Positions 31,662-40,789 of a stretch of 64,000 nucleotides of DNA are shown in pieces; the stretch's first letter is position 1, and every line of letters starts with the position of its first letter. The DNA comes from an uncultured Collinsella sp. (lineage in GTDB: Bacteria > Actinomycetota > Coriobacteriia > Coriobacteriales > Coriobacteriaceae), in assembly GCA_958427895.1 (NCBI GenBank), contig CAUADW010000002.1, positions 4,596 through 68,595 of the forward strand, read 5' to 3'. The translations under genes and the position numbers were made by a program. The notes beneath the pieces are model-generated. The model made no database searches. It had not been told where the DNA came from and saw nothing but the letters and a program-made list of their open reading frames with translations.

Positions 31662-32753
31662 ATGCAAACAAACCCTTTTAAGCCCACAGCAGGTAAAACA
31701 CCTCCCACGATTATCGGCCGCGAAGATGTACTTGAAGAATTCAGTGAAGGCCTCACCAACGGGCCTGGTGCCCCTGGGCGCCTAATGCGCATAGCCGGCG
31801 TCCGTGGAACGGGCAAGACGGTCCTCCTTGACGAGTGCTCACGTTTGGCGCAAAGCCGTGGCTGGACGGTCATAAAAGAGGTCGCAACCGAGGGACTTTG
31901 CCAGCGCATTCTCGAACAGCTGCAGCCCAAATTCCAGGCAAAACACGCCAGATTTGAGCCCACCGTAGCTGGCATATCCATCGGCAGCATAGATATTGAG
32001 CGAATCGGCCCATCGCTACGCGACGCCATGAGACAGACAATATCCAAGAATGGAAATGGCCTGCTCATCACTCTCGACGAGGTTCAAGACGCAGAGCTCG
32101 ATGAGGTCCGAACGCTCTCCATTGCGATTCAGCAGGTTATCGGCGAAGACCTTGATATCGCCTTTGTTTTTGCTGGGCTGCCTTCGATGATTGAAAGCAT
32201 CATCAACGGAAAGACACTTACGTTTTTGCGCCGTGCCCTCCCCTTTGACCTGAAGGCTGTGGCAGTAACCGAAGTGTCGTACTCCCTCGAGGAAACCATT
32301 GAAGCGTCTGGCATGGAGTTGCAGCCAGGTATTGCCGGCCAACTTGCCGAGGCAACGCAAGGCTATCCTTTCATGATCCAACTCGTTGGATACTACGCAT
32401 GGCAGTTGGCGAGACGCGCACATACAGCGATTATTGGAGAAGAAGAAGCCGAGCGCGGCATTGCAACGGCACGCGAACGCTTCTGCGCCATGGTGATTGA
32501 GCCCGCGCTGCGGCGCATTCCGCCCACGTGCATCGCTTATCTGCTGAGCATGGCGTCTTTGGGGCAGACGAGCTCGACCAGCATGGTTGCCGATGCCCTA
32601 AACAAAACGCCTCAACAGGTGAGTTCCGTCCGCAGCCGCCTGTTAAGAGAATCGATTATCGAGGCTCCCTCGTACGGCAAGGTCTCATTTGCCATCCCCT
32701 ACATGCGCGACTACCTCTACGAGCACAAAGCCGAACTGGAAGTTGAACTGTAG
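31662..32753 (+). CDS. AAA+/STAND-like ATPase with C-terminal winged HTH
   Basis: NPF.P..G..P...GRE, GVRGTGKT, LLITLDEVQ, GYPFMIQ; C-terminal VADALNKTPQQVSSVRSRL. Confidence 0.8.
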   Translation: MQTNPFKPTAGKTPPTIIGREDVLEEFSEGLTNGPGAPGRLMRIAGVRGTGKTVLLDECSRLAQSRGWTVIKEVATEGLCQRILEQLQPKFQAKHARFEPTVAGISIGSIDIERIGPSLRDAMRQTISKNGNGLLITLDEVQDAELDEVRTLSIAIQQVIGEDLDIAFVFAGLPSMIESIINGKTLTFLRRALPFDLKAVAVTEVSYSLEETIEASGMELQPGIAGQLAEATQGYPFMIQLVGYYAWQLARRAHTAIIGEEEAERGIATARERFCAMVIEPALRRIPPTCIAYLLSMASLGQTSSTSMVADALNKTPQQVSSVRSRLLRESIIEAPSYGKVSFAIPYMRDYLYEHKAELEVEL

Positions 32754-32770
32754 AAACGGCAACTGCCCTG

Positions 32771-32926
32771 CAAGACGAAAACCGTTTTCGTACGGATTAA
32801 AGCAGACGTAAACGATTTTCGTCTTGATTTGCGTACGGAATTAAGACGTAAATTGCGCTTTCGTACGCTTATTACCAGACGCAAATTGTTTTCGTCCGGC
32901 CATGCGTCCCCAATCTAGACGAAAAG
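32771..32926. repeat. Degenerate array of AGACGNAAA-Nx-TTTCGT mini-palindromes
   Basis: AGACG units start at 32773, 32804, 32844, 32877 and 32917. Confidence 0.7.
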
Positions 32927-32942
32927 AGCCCCGAGCTCGTAT

Positions 32943-32966
32943 TGAACTGCATCCCAATTCTTGGAC
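32943..32966 (+). mobile_element. Possible solitary IS3-family terminal inverted repeat
   Basis: TGAACTGCATCCCAATTCTTGGAC resembles, from memory, TGAACTGCACCCC...TTGGAC ends; no transposase nearby. Confidence 0.4.
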
Positions 32967-33294
32967 GGGCGCCGATGCCCTGATCTCTGCCATGTCGAGG
33001 TGCGAGATCAAATCCTTGGCGCGCTCGCCGGAGTGGTATGCCTTGTTCGGCGCCACCTTCCTGTAGAGCTTCTTGAGCTTCGTCTTCCCCTTGTTGCCCG
33101 GCGGCATCTCCGTCTCAGGTGGCAGCCCTAGGAAGGACAGGACGCCGGGCAGGTCGCACAGCATCACGTCCTCGATGTCGGCCTTGGCCGCCAGGTCGAC
33201 GACTCTCTGCGCTGTCGGCGAGATGTTCGGGGTGCTGCTACCGCCCGCTGGTTCGGAAGCTAGCGGGCAGTAGCGGGCAGTAGCGGCAGTAGCG

Positions 33295-34195
33295 GTGTGG
33301 CTCGATAGGCCCGAATATCCGTAAGGAAGGTGCTCGCTCTCATATGTGCTGATATGCCTCGCCTCGCGAACCTTGGGATGCTTCCTGAGGTAATCCCTCA
33401 ATTCGAGCCACTCTTTATGCTCATAACGCTTCGAAATCGTTTCCCCGTCGACAGTTTCCTTCACATAATGGTATGTTCGAACGCCTTCGAACTTGCCGAA
33501 CCCGTTCTCGACGCTGAAGTTTCTGAACCAGCGCGAAAACCCATTCAGGTCCATGAAGTTGACTTGGGGATGCCTGTCTTTCGTTCGTTCGAATGAGTGG
33601 ACGAGCGGAGTGTCTTTGACTTGTTCCAGGCCGAAGGCTTCCATTTCGCGGGCCTGCTCCTTTTTCCAGAATTCGAGATACGACGTCAGCGTCTCGCTTA
33701 TCGAGATCCTCCGCACGCTTTTCTTGCTTTTGGGCGAGCGAACGCTTCGATCGGCCGCGAACTGCTGCTCAATGAGGATGCTTCTGTTCTCGACGGAGAC
33801 ATCGGACCACGTCATCCCGAGGGCTTCTGCCCTTCTCATGTCGGTGTCGAGCATGAGCATCACGCATGTGATGTGCGCGTCCGGTTCTCGATTGAGTAGG
33901 ATGTCGAGTAGGCGAGCGGCGTGATGGTTCCTTCGCGGTTGTCGTGGAACTTTTTTGCGTACGAGCCGACGGTGTCCCTCGATTTTTGGACGTAGGTGCC
34001 GCTGTTGAGTTCTGCCTTGTAGGCTTCGAGTGCGGCGTCGACCTCTCGGCTTTTGGTGGTATGTATGGTCTGCCACGGCGAATAGCGGTATTTGCCCGTG
34101 ACCGGATCCTTGCCGAGGCTGTGACGGTAGCGCCACGTGTATTTGTCGCGGCGTTGCTTCGTTCCTTTGCCTATGACGAGAGGTCGGTCGTTCAT
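33295..34195 (-). pseudogene. Decayed tyrosine integrase
   Basis: The arm-binding N-terminus (W.Y....GKDPVTGKY) is in one frame and the catalytic part (LDTDMRRAEALGMTWSDV...PKSKKSVRRI) in another. The central domain is missing and the sequence breaks at the expected HxLRH box. Confidence 0.8.
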
Positions 34196-34476
34196 CGTGT
34201 TCCTTGCCTGAAGTGCCTGAGAATCGCGCTCGGTTGCGCGGAATGGCGCAAAGGGCTGGGGCGGGTGGGCATTACCCTTGGTGGTGGGCCCTGCGTGGGG
34301 TCACACCCCAAGGGTAATGCTCCGCCTGACCGCTTTCAAGCTCGTTGTGGGTCGAATTTGGGTCGAATTATTCCGCGTACTTTTCTTTCGTAAATCTATG
34401 AAAACATCAAATGACCTGGAGTTATATTGACTTCAATTTGGGTCGAAATGTCTGAATGAAGCAACGTCGTAGCGAC

Positions 34477-34521
34477 CTCATAACCCGAAGGTCGGTGGTT
34501 CAAATCCGCCCCCCGCGACCA
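34477..34521 (+). tRNA. 3' half of tRNA-Met (initiator-like): an att-site remnant, not a full tRNA
   Basis: CTCATAACCCGAAGGTCGGTGGTTCAAATCCGCCCCCCGCGACCA has the anticodon loop, T-arm and CCA; no D-arm or 5' acceptor strand upstream. Confidence 0.8.
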
Positions 34522-34780
34522 TGAAACTTCAGGTCGGAAGCATAAAAGCTCCCAACCTTTTTCTTTGTCTAGGGGTTTCGGCATCTCTCGTTCTTTGGGT
34601 ACCTCGAGGCGGGCAATCAGATAGATGCTTACGAGTATCATAGGGTCTTTTTACGTCGCGGTCGTGTCTCGTACTGGTGCGCCGCTCTTTGTGGGACGTG
34701 TCACTTTGCCATAGGTTGTCCGGCGGCGGGGCGCAGGTCGTTCCCCGTGGCGTCGCTCCTTTCGACGCTACGCTGCCTGG

Positions 34781-35089
34781 CTACTCGTTCCACTGGTGCT
34801 TTTTCATGTCGACGCAGCCGTTGTCTCGGAAGGCGACTCCTTCCTCCGTCAGTAGTGCTCGCTGGTCGGGGAAGTTTGGCGCGAGGCGTCCCGCGTGGTT
34901 GACGACGCGGTGGCAGGGATAATCGCCGTAGCGATCCGCCTCGCTCAGCACCGCTCCGACCAGGCGAGAGTTTTTCTCCCTGCCGATGAGGCGCGCTATC
35001 TGACCGTACGAGGCGACGCATCCCGCCGGAATCTCTGCCACGACGGAGAGAATCTCATAAACCAAATCTTCGTCCAGGACTTTTCCCAT
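34781..35089 (-). CDS. MGMT family (O6-alkylguanine DNA alkyltransferase-like) protein
   Basis: IPAGCVASYGQIA, RLVG, PCHRVV. Confidence 0.88.
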   Translation of the reverse strand: MGKVLDEDLVYEILSVVAEIPAGCVASYGQIARLIGREKNSRLVGAVLSEADRYGDYPCHRVVNHAGRLAPNFPDQRALLTEEGVAFRDNGCVDMKKHQWNE

Positions 35090-35263
35090 CGTATCGCTCC
35101 CGTGTTCGCTTTTGCCTTCGGGGGCGCGGCGCCGATCACCCGTGCTGCGATTTTCGCAGCTCCCCTTACCGAAGCATCGAGGGAAAGCGCGTGCGTGTCA
35201 AGGTTGTCTGGTCCAGTTGCTGGCTCGATGCCTCGAGATGTTCGCCTCAAGTGCGACCTGCCC

Positions 35264-35770
35264 CTATTGGAAAAGGATGCCGAAGATGTATTTGGTGATG
35301 GCGGAGCGGCGGATGACCCCCACGAGTTTGCCCTCGTCATCAACCACAGGAAGCTTCTTGAACTTCTTCTTCGCCAGCAGCGCGGCGACGCGGGCGATGC
35401 TCTGCTCGGGACGGGCACACACTACCTGGCGCGTCGCGAAATCCATGACGCAGCGATCCTTCAGGTCTTCGATGCGCTGCTCAAGGCTCTGATCGTCGAA
35501 GTACAGCATGGACGCGTCGCCGCCCGTGAAGATGGTGTGAGCGCGATGCTGCGCGATGGCTCCCATGACATCGCCGTCGGAGATGAACCCGACCACCTGG
35601 TTGCGCTCATCGATTACGGGCATGCTGCTCACCTCGTTTTCGGCGAGCATGCGCACCACGTCGGAAATCGTGCAATCCTGCGTGCAGGTGAACGGCTCTT
35701 CAATCATGATGCTCGAAACGGGCGTCCCCTCGAGCTCGAGCGGGATGCGCTCGGACAGAATCTCGGACAT
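35264..35770 (-). CDS. CBS domain protein
   Basis: SSMPVID...VVGFISDGD and KKLPVVD..GKLVGVI. Confidence 0.88.
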   Translation of the reverse strand: MSEILSERIPLELEGTPVSSIMIEEPFTCTQDCTISDVVRMLAENEVSSMPVIDERNQVVGFISDGDVMGAIAQHRAHTIFTGGDASMLYFDDQSLEQRIEDLKDRCVMDFATRQVVCARPEQSIARVAALLAKKKFKKLPVVDDEGKLVGVIRRSAITKYIFGILFQ

Positions 35771-35773
35771 CGC

Positions 35774-37213
35774 TTATGCCTCCTTCGTTTTCGGTGCGGT
35801 TTTCTTGGTGCGCACGCTGAATATGGCGCAGATAAGGGAAACGAGGCCGATTGCCGCGCACACCTTGTAAGCGACGCCCGCGCCCACGGCGGTGGCTACT
35901 TGGATGCTCGCATCGACGCCGGCCGACGCGGTGACGCTTGTCATGACCGTGACGATGAGCGCCGTGCACAAACCGCCGGCGACCTGGCGGCCGGTGTTCG
36001 CGATGGCGTTGCCGTGGGCGATCATGTCATTTTTCAAGGCATTGACACCCCATGTGTTCACCGGCATGTTCGCGAGCGACTGGCCGGCGGACTGCAGCAT
36101 GCAGAACAGCGCAACCACCAAGATGGGCGTGTTTACCGTCGAAAGCGAGAGCAGGAACAGGGCGCCGGTCATGAGGGCCAGGCCGACGATCGAGATGGCA
36201 CGCGGACCGAACTTGTCGAACACCACGCCGGAGATAGGGCTGATGATGATGCCCACCGCCGCGGCGGGAAGCATGGCCATGCCGGTTTCGAAGGCCGAAG
36301 CGCCAAGCGAGGTTTGCAGCAGCAACGGCAACAGCGTGTTGGTGACCAGGCATGCGGCGTTGATGAGCGTGACGATGATGGCGGCCACGCGGAACTCGCG
36401 CGTCTTGAGCGTGCCCAGTTGAAGCAGCGGGTCCTCGATTTTGCCCTGGCGTACGACGAACAGCACCAAGCACACGACACCCGCGACGATCGAGCCGAGC
36501 ACCACGGGGTTGCCCCAACCCATCGACGAGGCGCTCGAGAACCCGTAGAGAAGTCCGCCGAAGGCGATGGTGGAGAGGACGACCGAGGGCAGGTCGAGCT
36601 TGGGGTTCTTCAGCTCGCCCACGTTTTTCAGCATGAACACGCCCAGCACCAGCACGAGAATTGCGAGGGGGACGATGGCGCCGATCATGGTGCGCCAGCC
36701 GTACGTGTCGATCACCGCACCGCCTACGACGGGGCCGACCGCGGGACCCGCCGACATGACGATGCCCGCCATGCCCATAGCCGTTCCTCGTTTCTCGACG
36801 GGGAACACCAGCATGGGAACCACCGAGACAAGCGGCATGAGCACGCCTGAGCCCGCCGCTTGCAACACGCGACCGATGATGAGGAACAGGAAATCAGGGG
36901 CTGCGGCGCACAGCAGCGTGCCCAGCGCGAACACCAGCGTCGCCCCGAAGAATAGCGCGCGGGTGCTGAACTTGTCGATAAGGAACGCCGAAACGGGGAC
37001 CATGATGCCGCTCACCAGCGGGTATATGGACATGATCCACTGGGCAGTCGAGGCATCGATGGCGAAATCGGACATGATGACCGGCAGCGCAGGCGACATC
37101 ACCGTTTGGTTCAGTAGCGCCAAGAAGGCACCCAGGACGACGACCGCGACGATGCGGATCTGGGTACCGGTAATGCGCCCATTGGCGGGTGCGACCGTAC
37201 AATTATCAGACAT
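35774..37213 (-). CDS. DHA2 family MFS drug efflux transporter (LmrB-like)
   Basis: LNQT...PALP.IM, GRVLQA.G.G, KRG.AMG; 14-TM layout. Confidence 0.9.
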   Translation of the reverse strand: MSDNCTVAPANGRITGTQIRIVAVVVLGAFLALLNQTVMSPALPVIMSDFAIDASTAQWIMSIYPLVSGIMVPVSAFLIDKFSTRALFFGATLVFALGTLLCAAAPDFLFLIIGRVLQAAGSGVLMPLVSVVPMLVFPVEKRGTAMGMAGIVMSAGPAVGPVVGGAVIDTYGWRTMIGAIVPLAILVLVLGVFMLKNVGELKNPKLDLPSVVLSTIAFGGLLYGFSSASSMGWGNPVVLGSIVAGVVCLVLFVVRQGKIEDPLLQLGTLKTREFRVAAIIVTLINAACLVTNTLLPLLLQTSLGASAFETGMAMLPAAAVGIIISPISGVVFDKFGPRAISIVGLALMTGALFLLSLSTVNTPILVVALFCMLQSAGQSLANMPVNTWGVNALKNDMIAHGNAIANTGRQVAGGLCTALIVTVMTSVTASAGVDASIQVATAVGAGVAYKVCAAIGLVSLICAIFSVRTKKTAPKTKEA

Positions 37214-37733
37214 AAGCTTCCTTCGTATCTATTCGATTCTTCGCCGAAGGCGCGCCGGCCCACGGGCGAAATAACATGCACGTGCTATGCGTGCATCAGA
37301 TACGACAGGAAGAAAGCGGCTGCTCAGAGCGCACTTGGGGAACAACAGGAGAGGCCCCGTATACCAGGGGCCGCCGAATTGCGATGTATGCTTTGGTCAA
37401 ATCCTTCATAGCGGGGAGGTATTCTAGCAGCCGTCTTCGCCCCTTTCAAGGGATGTAACCCAGACGTTGATTTTCTTCACCGAGGCGCCATCGTTGACGG
37501 GTGGCGTGCTTCTCTATCGCCACACCGCGGGGCGAGGGAACGCCGCGGCGAGCTTGTACATCGGCTATGTGTGCAGCTGCGAGCGTGTCGCCGGCGCGCG
37601 CTGGGCGCCAGTCCGATCCGGCCGACTCTTGCCGACGGTCGGTCGCCGTCCTCCTCCATCTCCGCCTGCTCTGTTTTTGCTCGGCTCCCTTGTCGTATCA
37701 TGGACGGACGAGAATTGAGCGAAGGCGGTACGT

Positions 37734-38075
37734 ATGAACATCCAGATATTCGGCACGAAGAAAAGCTTCGATACTAAGAAGGCGCAGCGCTATTTCAAGG
37801 AACGTCGTGTGAAGTTCCAGTTCATCGACTTGAAGGAAAAGGGGATGAGCAAAGGCGAGCTCGAAAGCGTGGCGCGCGCCGTCGGCGGGATCGACGCTGT
37901 GATCGATCCAAAGGCGAAAGATGCCGACACGGTTGCGCTCGTACAGTATCTTGCTGCCGACCAGAAGTTCGAAAAGGTGCTCGATAACCAGCAGATTCTT
38001 CGTGAGCCCATCGTTCGCAACGGCCGCCAGGCAACCGTTGGCTACGAGCCTGACGTGTGGAAGGGCTGGGAATAA
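37734..38075 (+). CDS. ArsC/Spx family protein
   Basis: IQIFGTKKSFDTKKAQRYFKER...LREPIVRNG..ATVGY. Confidence 0.8.
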   Translation: MNIQIFGTKKSFDTKKAQRYFKERRVKFQFIDLKEKGMSKGELESVARAVGGIDAVIDPKAKDADTVALVQYLAADQKFEKVLDNQQILREPIVRNGRQATVGYEPDVWKGWE

Positions 38076-38262
38076 AGCGGCTGGGAATAAAGTGAAGCGC
38101 CCACGCCCGTGGTTTTATCCACGGACGCGGGCGCTTGCGTAAGACGTCTCTTGTCGTTTGAGTGGAGCGCCCCGGCGGCGCTGAACAACGCGCCCCGGTG
38201 ACGTGGCTCGGGGCTCTTTGTGCCGCACATCTATGAGAGGAGATATTTGATGCGCATGGGCG

Positions 38263-40041
38263 CTACTCCATGTAGCCACCCTGAATGGCGGAAACTGCAT
38301 GCTCGGTAAAGAACTTGAGCGTGCCGGAGGTATAGCGATTAGCCTTGGGCTTCCAAGCGGCTCGGCGCTCGGCCAGGACGGCATCGATCTCGGCCGGCTC
38401 CATCTCCTTGCCGGCGATGCCCACGATGGACAGCGAGCGCTCGGGGATGTTGATTCGGATAAGGTCGCCCTCCTCAAGCAGGGCAATCGGGCCGCCCACG
38501 GCAGCCTCGGGCGAAACGTGACCGATAGCCGGGCCCTTGGAGGCGCCGGAGAAGCGGCCATCGGTGATAAGGGCAATGCTCGCACCCAGCTCGGGATCGC
38601 TGGCGATAGCCTCGGTGGTGTAGAACATCTCGGGCATACCGGAACCCTTGGGGCCCTCATAGCGAATGATAACGGCATCGCCGGGCTTGACCTCGTGCGT
38701 CAGGACGGCGTGGATGGCGTCCTCCTCGCAATCGAACGGACGGGCCTTAAGCGTGGCCTGGAACATCTCGCGCGGAACAACCGTGTGCTTGACGACGGCG
38801 CCCTCGGGGGCAAGGTTGCCGTGGAGGATGGCGATGGAGCCGTCGGTACCAAAAGCCTGGTCAAACGGGCGAATGATGTCCTCGCGCTTGAGGTTCCATT
38901 TCTCCAAGTAGCGGCCGCACTTCTCGTAGTAGCCGTTGTTCTTAAGGTCCTCGAGGTTTTCGCCGAGAGTCTTGCCGGTGACGGTCATGACGTCGAGGTG
39001 GAGCATCGACTTGATCTCCTCCATGATGCGCGGCACGCCACCCGCATAGTAGAAGAACTGCGCCGGCCACTCACCTGCGGGACGAACGTTGAGCAGGTAG
39101 TGGGCACCACGGTGCAGACGGTCGAAGTCGTCGGCGGACATCTCGATGCCAAACTCGCGGGCGATCGCGGGGATATGCAGCAGCGAGTTGGTGGAGCCGG
39201 AAATGGCGCCGTGGACCATGATGAGGTTCTCGAAGGACTCCTTGGTCACGATGTCGCGCGGGCACAGGTTGTGTTCGGAGAGCCACACGGACTGACGGCC
39301 GGCCTCGCGCGCAAACTCACGCAGATCGGAGCTGGTTGCGGGCAGCAGGGCCGTGCCGGGGAGCATAAGGCCCAGGGCCTCGGCGGTAACCTGCATGGTC
39401 GACGCGGTGCCCATAAACGAGCAGGCGCCGCAGCTGGGGCATGCGTTGTGCTTGGCAAACTCAAGTTCCTCGCGAGAGATCTCGCCGCGCTCGTAGCGGG
39501 CAGAAATCGCGCCGAGCTGCTCCAGGGTCAACAGATCGGGACCGGCATCCATGACACCGCCGGTAACGACGATGGAGGGGATGTTGATGCGGCCCATGGC
39601 CATAAGGTTCGCAGGCAGGCCCTTATCGCAGCTGGCAACGAAGACACCGGCATCGAACGGGGTGGCCTTGGCGTGGATCTCAATCATGTTGGCGATCATG
39701 TCGCGGCTGGGCAGCGAGTAGTTGATGCCGTCGTGGCCCTGGGCCTCACCGTCGCAAATGTCGGTGCAGAAGTAACGGGCGCCGTGGCCACCAGCCTCGG
39801 CAACGCCGGCACGGACCTCCTCGACCAACTCAAACAGGCCGGCAGAACCCGGGTGCGAGTCGCCGAACGTCGACTCGATAATGACCTGCGGCTTGTCCAG
39901 ATCCTCGATGGACCAGCCAGAGCCCAGACGCAGCGGGTCCATCTCGGGGCTGCTGGTGCGGAACTTGCCGGAACGCGGCTGCAGCTTGGCAACCAAGTCG
40001 GCTGCCTCCTGCTGAATCTGTGCCTTGGTCTTCTCGTCCAT
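38263..40041 (-). CDS. IlvD/Edd family dehydratase (dihydroxy-acid or sugar-acid dehydratase)
   Basis: CDG, SCDK, CGACSFMGTASTM, EGPKGSGMPEM, TDGRFSG, GHVSPEA. The context (gntP remnant, kdgK-eda) favours a sugar-acid substrate. Confidence 0.88.
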   Translation of the reverse strand: MDEKTKAQIQQEAADLVAKLQPRSGKFRTSSPEMDPLRLGSGWSIEDLDKPQVIIESTFGDSHPGSAGLFELVEEVRAGVAEAGGHGARYFCTDICDGEAQGHDGINYSLPSRDMIANMIEIHAKATPFDAGVFVASCDKGLPANLMAMGRINIPSIVVTGGVMDAGPDLLTLEQLGAISARYERGEISREELEFAKHNACPSCGACSFMGTASTMQVTAEALGLMLPGTALLPATSSDLREFAREAGRQSVWLSEHNLCPRDIVTKESFENLIMVHGAISGSTNSLLHIPAIAREFGIEMSADDFDRLHRGAHYLLNVRPAGEWPAQFFYYAGGVPRIMEEIKSMLHLDVMTVTGKTLGENLEDLKNNGYYEKCGRYLEKWNLKREDIIRPFDQAFGTDGSIAILHGNLAPEGAVVKHTVVPREMFQATLKARPFDCEEDAIHAVLTHEVKPGDAVIIRYEGPKGSGMPEMFYTTEAIASDPELGASIALITDGRFSGASKGPAIGHVSPEAAVGGPIALLEEGDLIRINIPERSLSIVGIAGKEMEPAEIDAVLAERRAAWKPKANRYTSGTLKFFTEHAVSAIQGGYME

Positions 40042-40149
40042 AATGCTCTCCTCTTTTGGTTTGAACGGTTGTACCAATCGTTGGTTAATGAATCAGGTGA
40101 AAATGGGTACCGAGCGATGCGCTCGGCAAAAGATGCTTAGCCACGCGAA

Positions 40150-40315
40150 CTAGGCGAAGAACGAAATCACCAGGGCACAGGCAAGACCCGAAAGGCCGAT
40201 GAGCGTCTCCATAACGGTCCAGGACTTGAGGGTGGTCTTCTCGTCAATCTCCAGGAACGAGGAGCACATCCAAAAACCGGCATCGTTGACGTGCGAGAGG
40301 GCCGTGGCACCGCCG
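40150..40315 (-). pseudogene. C-terminal fragment of a GntP-family permease
   Basis: GATALSHVNDAGFW...KTTLKSWTVMETLIG matches the GntP C-terminal signature; the rest of the gene is absent. Confidence 0.78.
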
Positions 40316-40690
40316 CAGATAGCACGCATGGCGGCCGAGCACGCAACCAACGACCAGGTCGTCTGTATCAAAGAGCTCTGCGACGAATCCGAGCGCCTGG
40401 CCGAGGCCGGTGAGGATTACTCCGCCGCCGACACCGCGTTCCACAATGCCATTGCCGAGAGCTCCGGAAACCTCGTCGTTCCCCGCCTGATGGGCGTGTT
40501 CAAGGCATCCGTCCCCCTCTTTATCGACGTGACCGGCAAAAAGCTCGTCGAGGAAACTATCCGCACGCACCGCGATGTGGCCGACGCCATCGCCGCGCGC
40601 AATCCCACCGCCGCGCACGACGCGATGTATCTGCACCTGGTGTATAACCGCAACATGATTGCGGAGGGAGCAGAAGCAAAAGGCATTTAG
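40311..40690 (+). pseudogene. FCD (C-terminal) fragment of a FadR/GntR regulator
   Basis: PQIARMAA...D.AFH.AIA..SGN...H..V..AI..RNP..A..AM..HL; the HTH is missing. Confidence 0.75.
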
Positions 40691-40723
40691 GGCCCGACAA
40701 TAATCTTTCTTTGGCAAAACGCA

Positions 40724-40763
40724 GGCGGCGGCTGCCCAACACACAGGGCAGCCGCCGCTTTTT
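40724..40763. terminator. Bidirectional terminator hairpin
   Basis: GCGGCGGCTGCCC...GGGCAGCCGCCGC TTTTT. Confidence 0.7.
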
Positions 40764-40789
40764 GCAATCGATTGGTGCAAAGGGGTTGA

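Noticed and set aside
32771..32926. CRISPR array
   Set aside because: Repeats are short and degenerate, spacing is irregular, linkers are too short, and there are no cas genes in the window.
32841..34136. Intact 431-aa integrase
   Set aside because: A chimeric read-through of fragments: wrong N-terminus, and it lacks the HxxR box and catalytic Tyr.
34445..34521. Functional tRNA-Met
   Set aside because: No 5' acceptor strand or D-arm upstream of the anticodon loop.
35264..37213. Stop-codon read-through giving an MFS-CBS fusion (the two ORFs are in frame, TAA GCG ATG)
   Set aside because: An AGGAGG RBS precedes the CBS ATG, so independent translation is the simpler explanation.
40199..40690. 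Intact 163-aa regulator
   Set aside because: Its N-terminal part is the antisense of the gntP remnant and it has no HTH.
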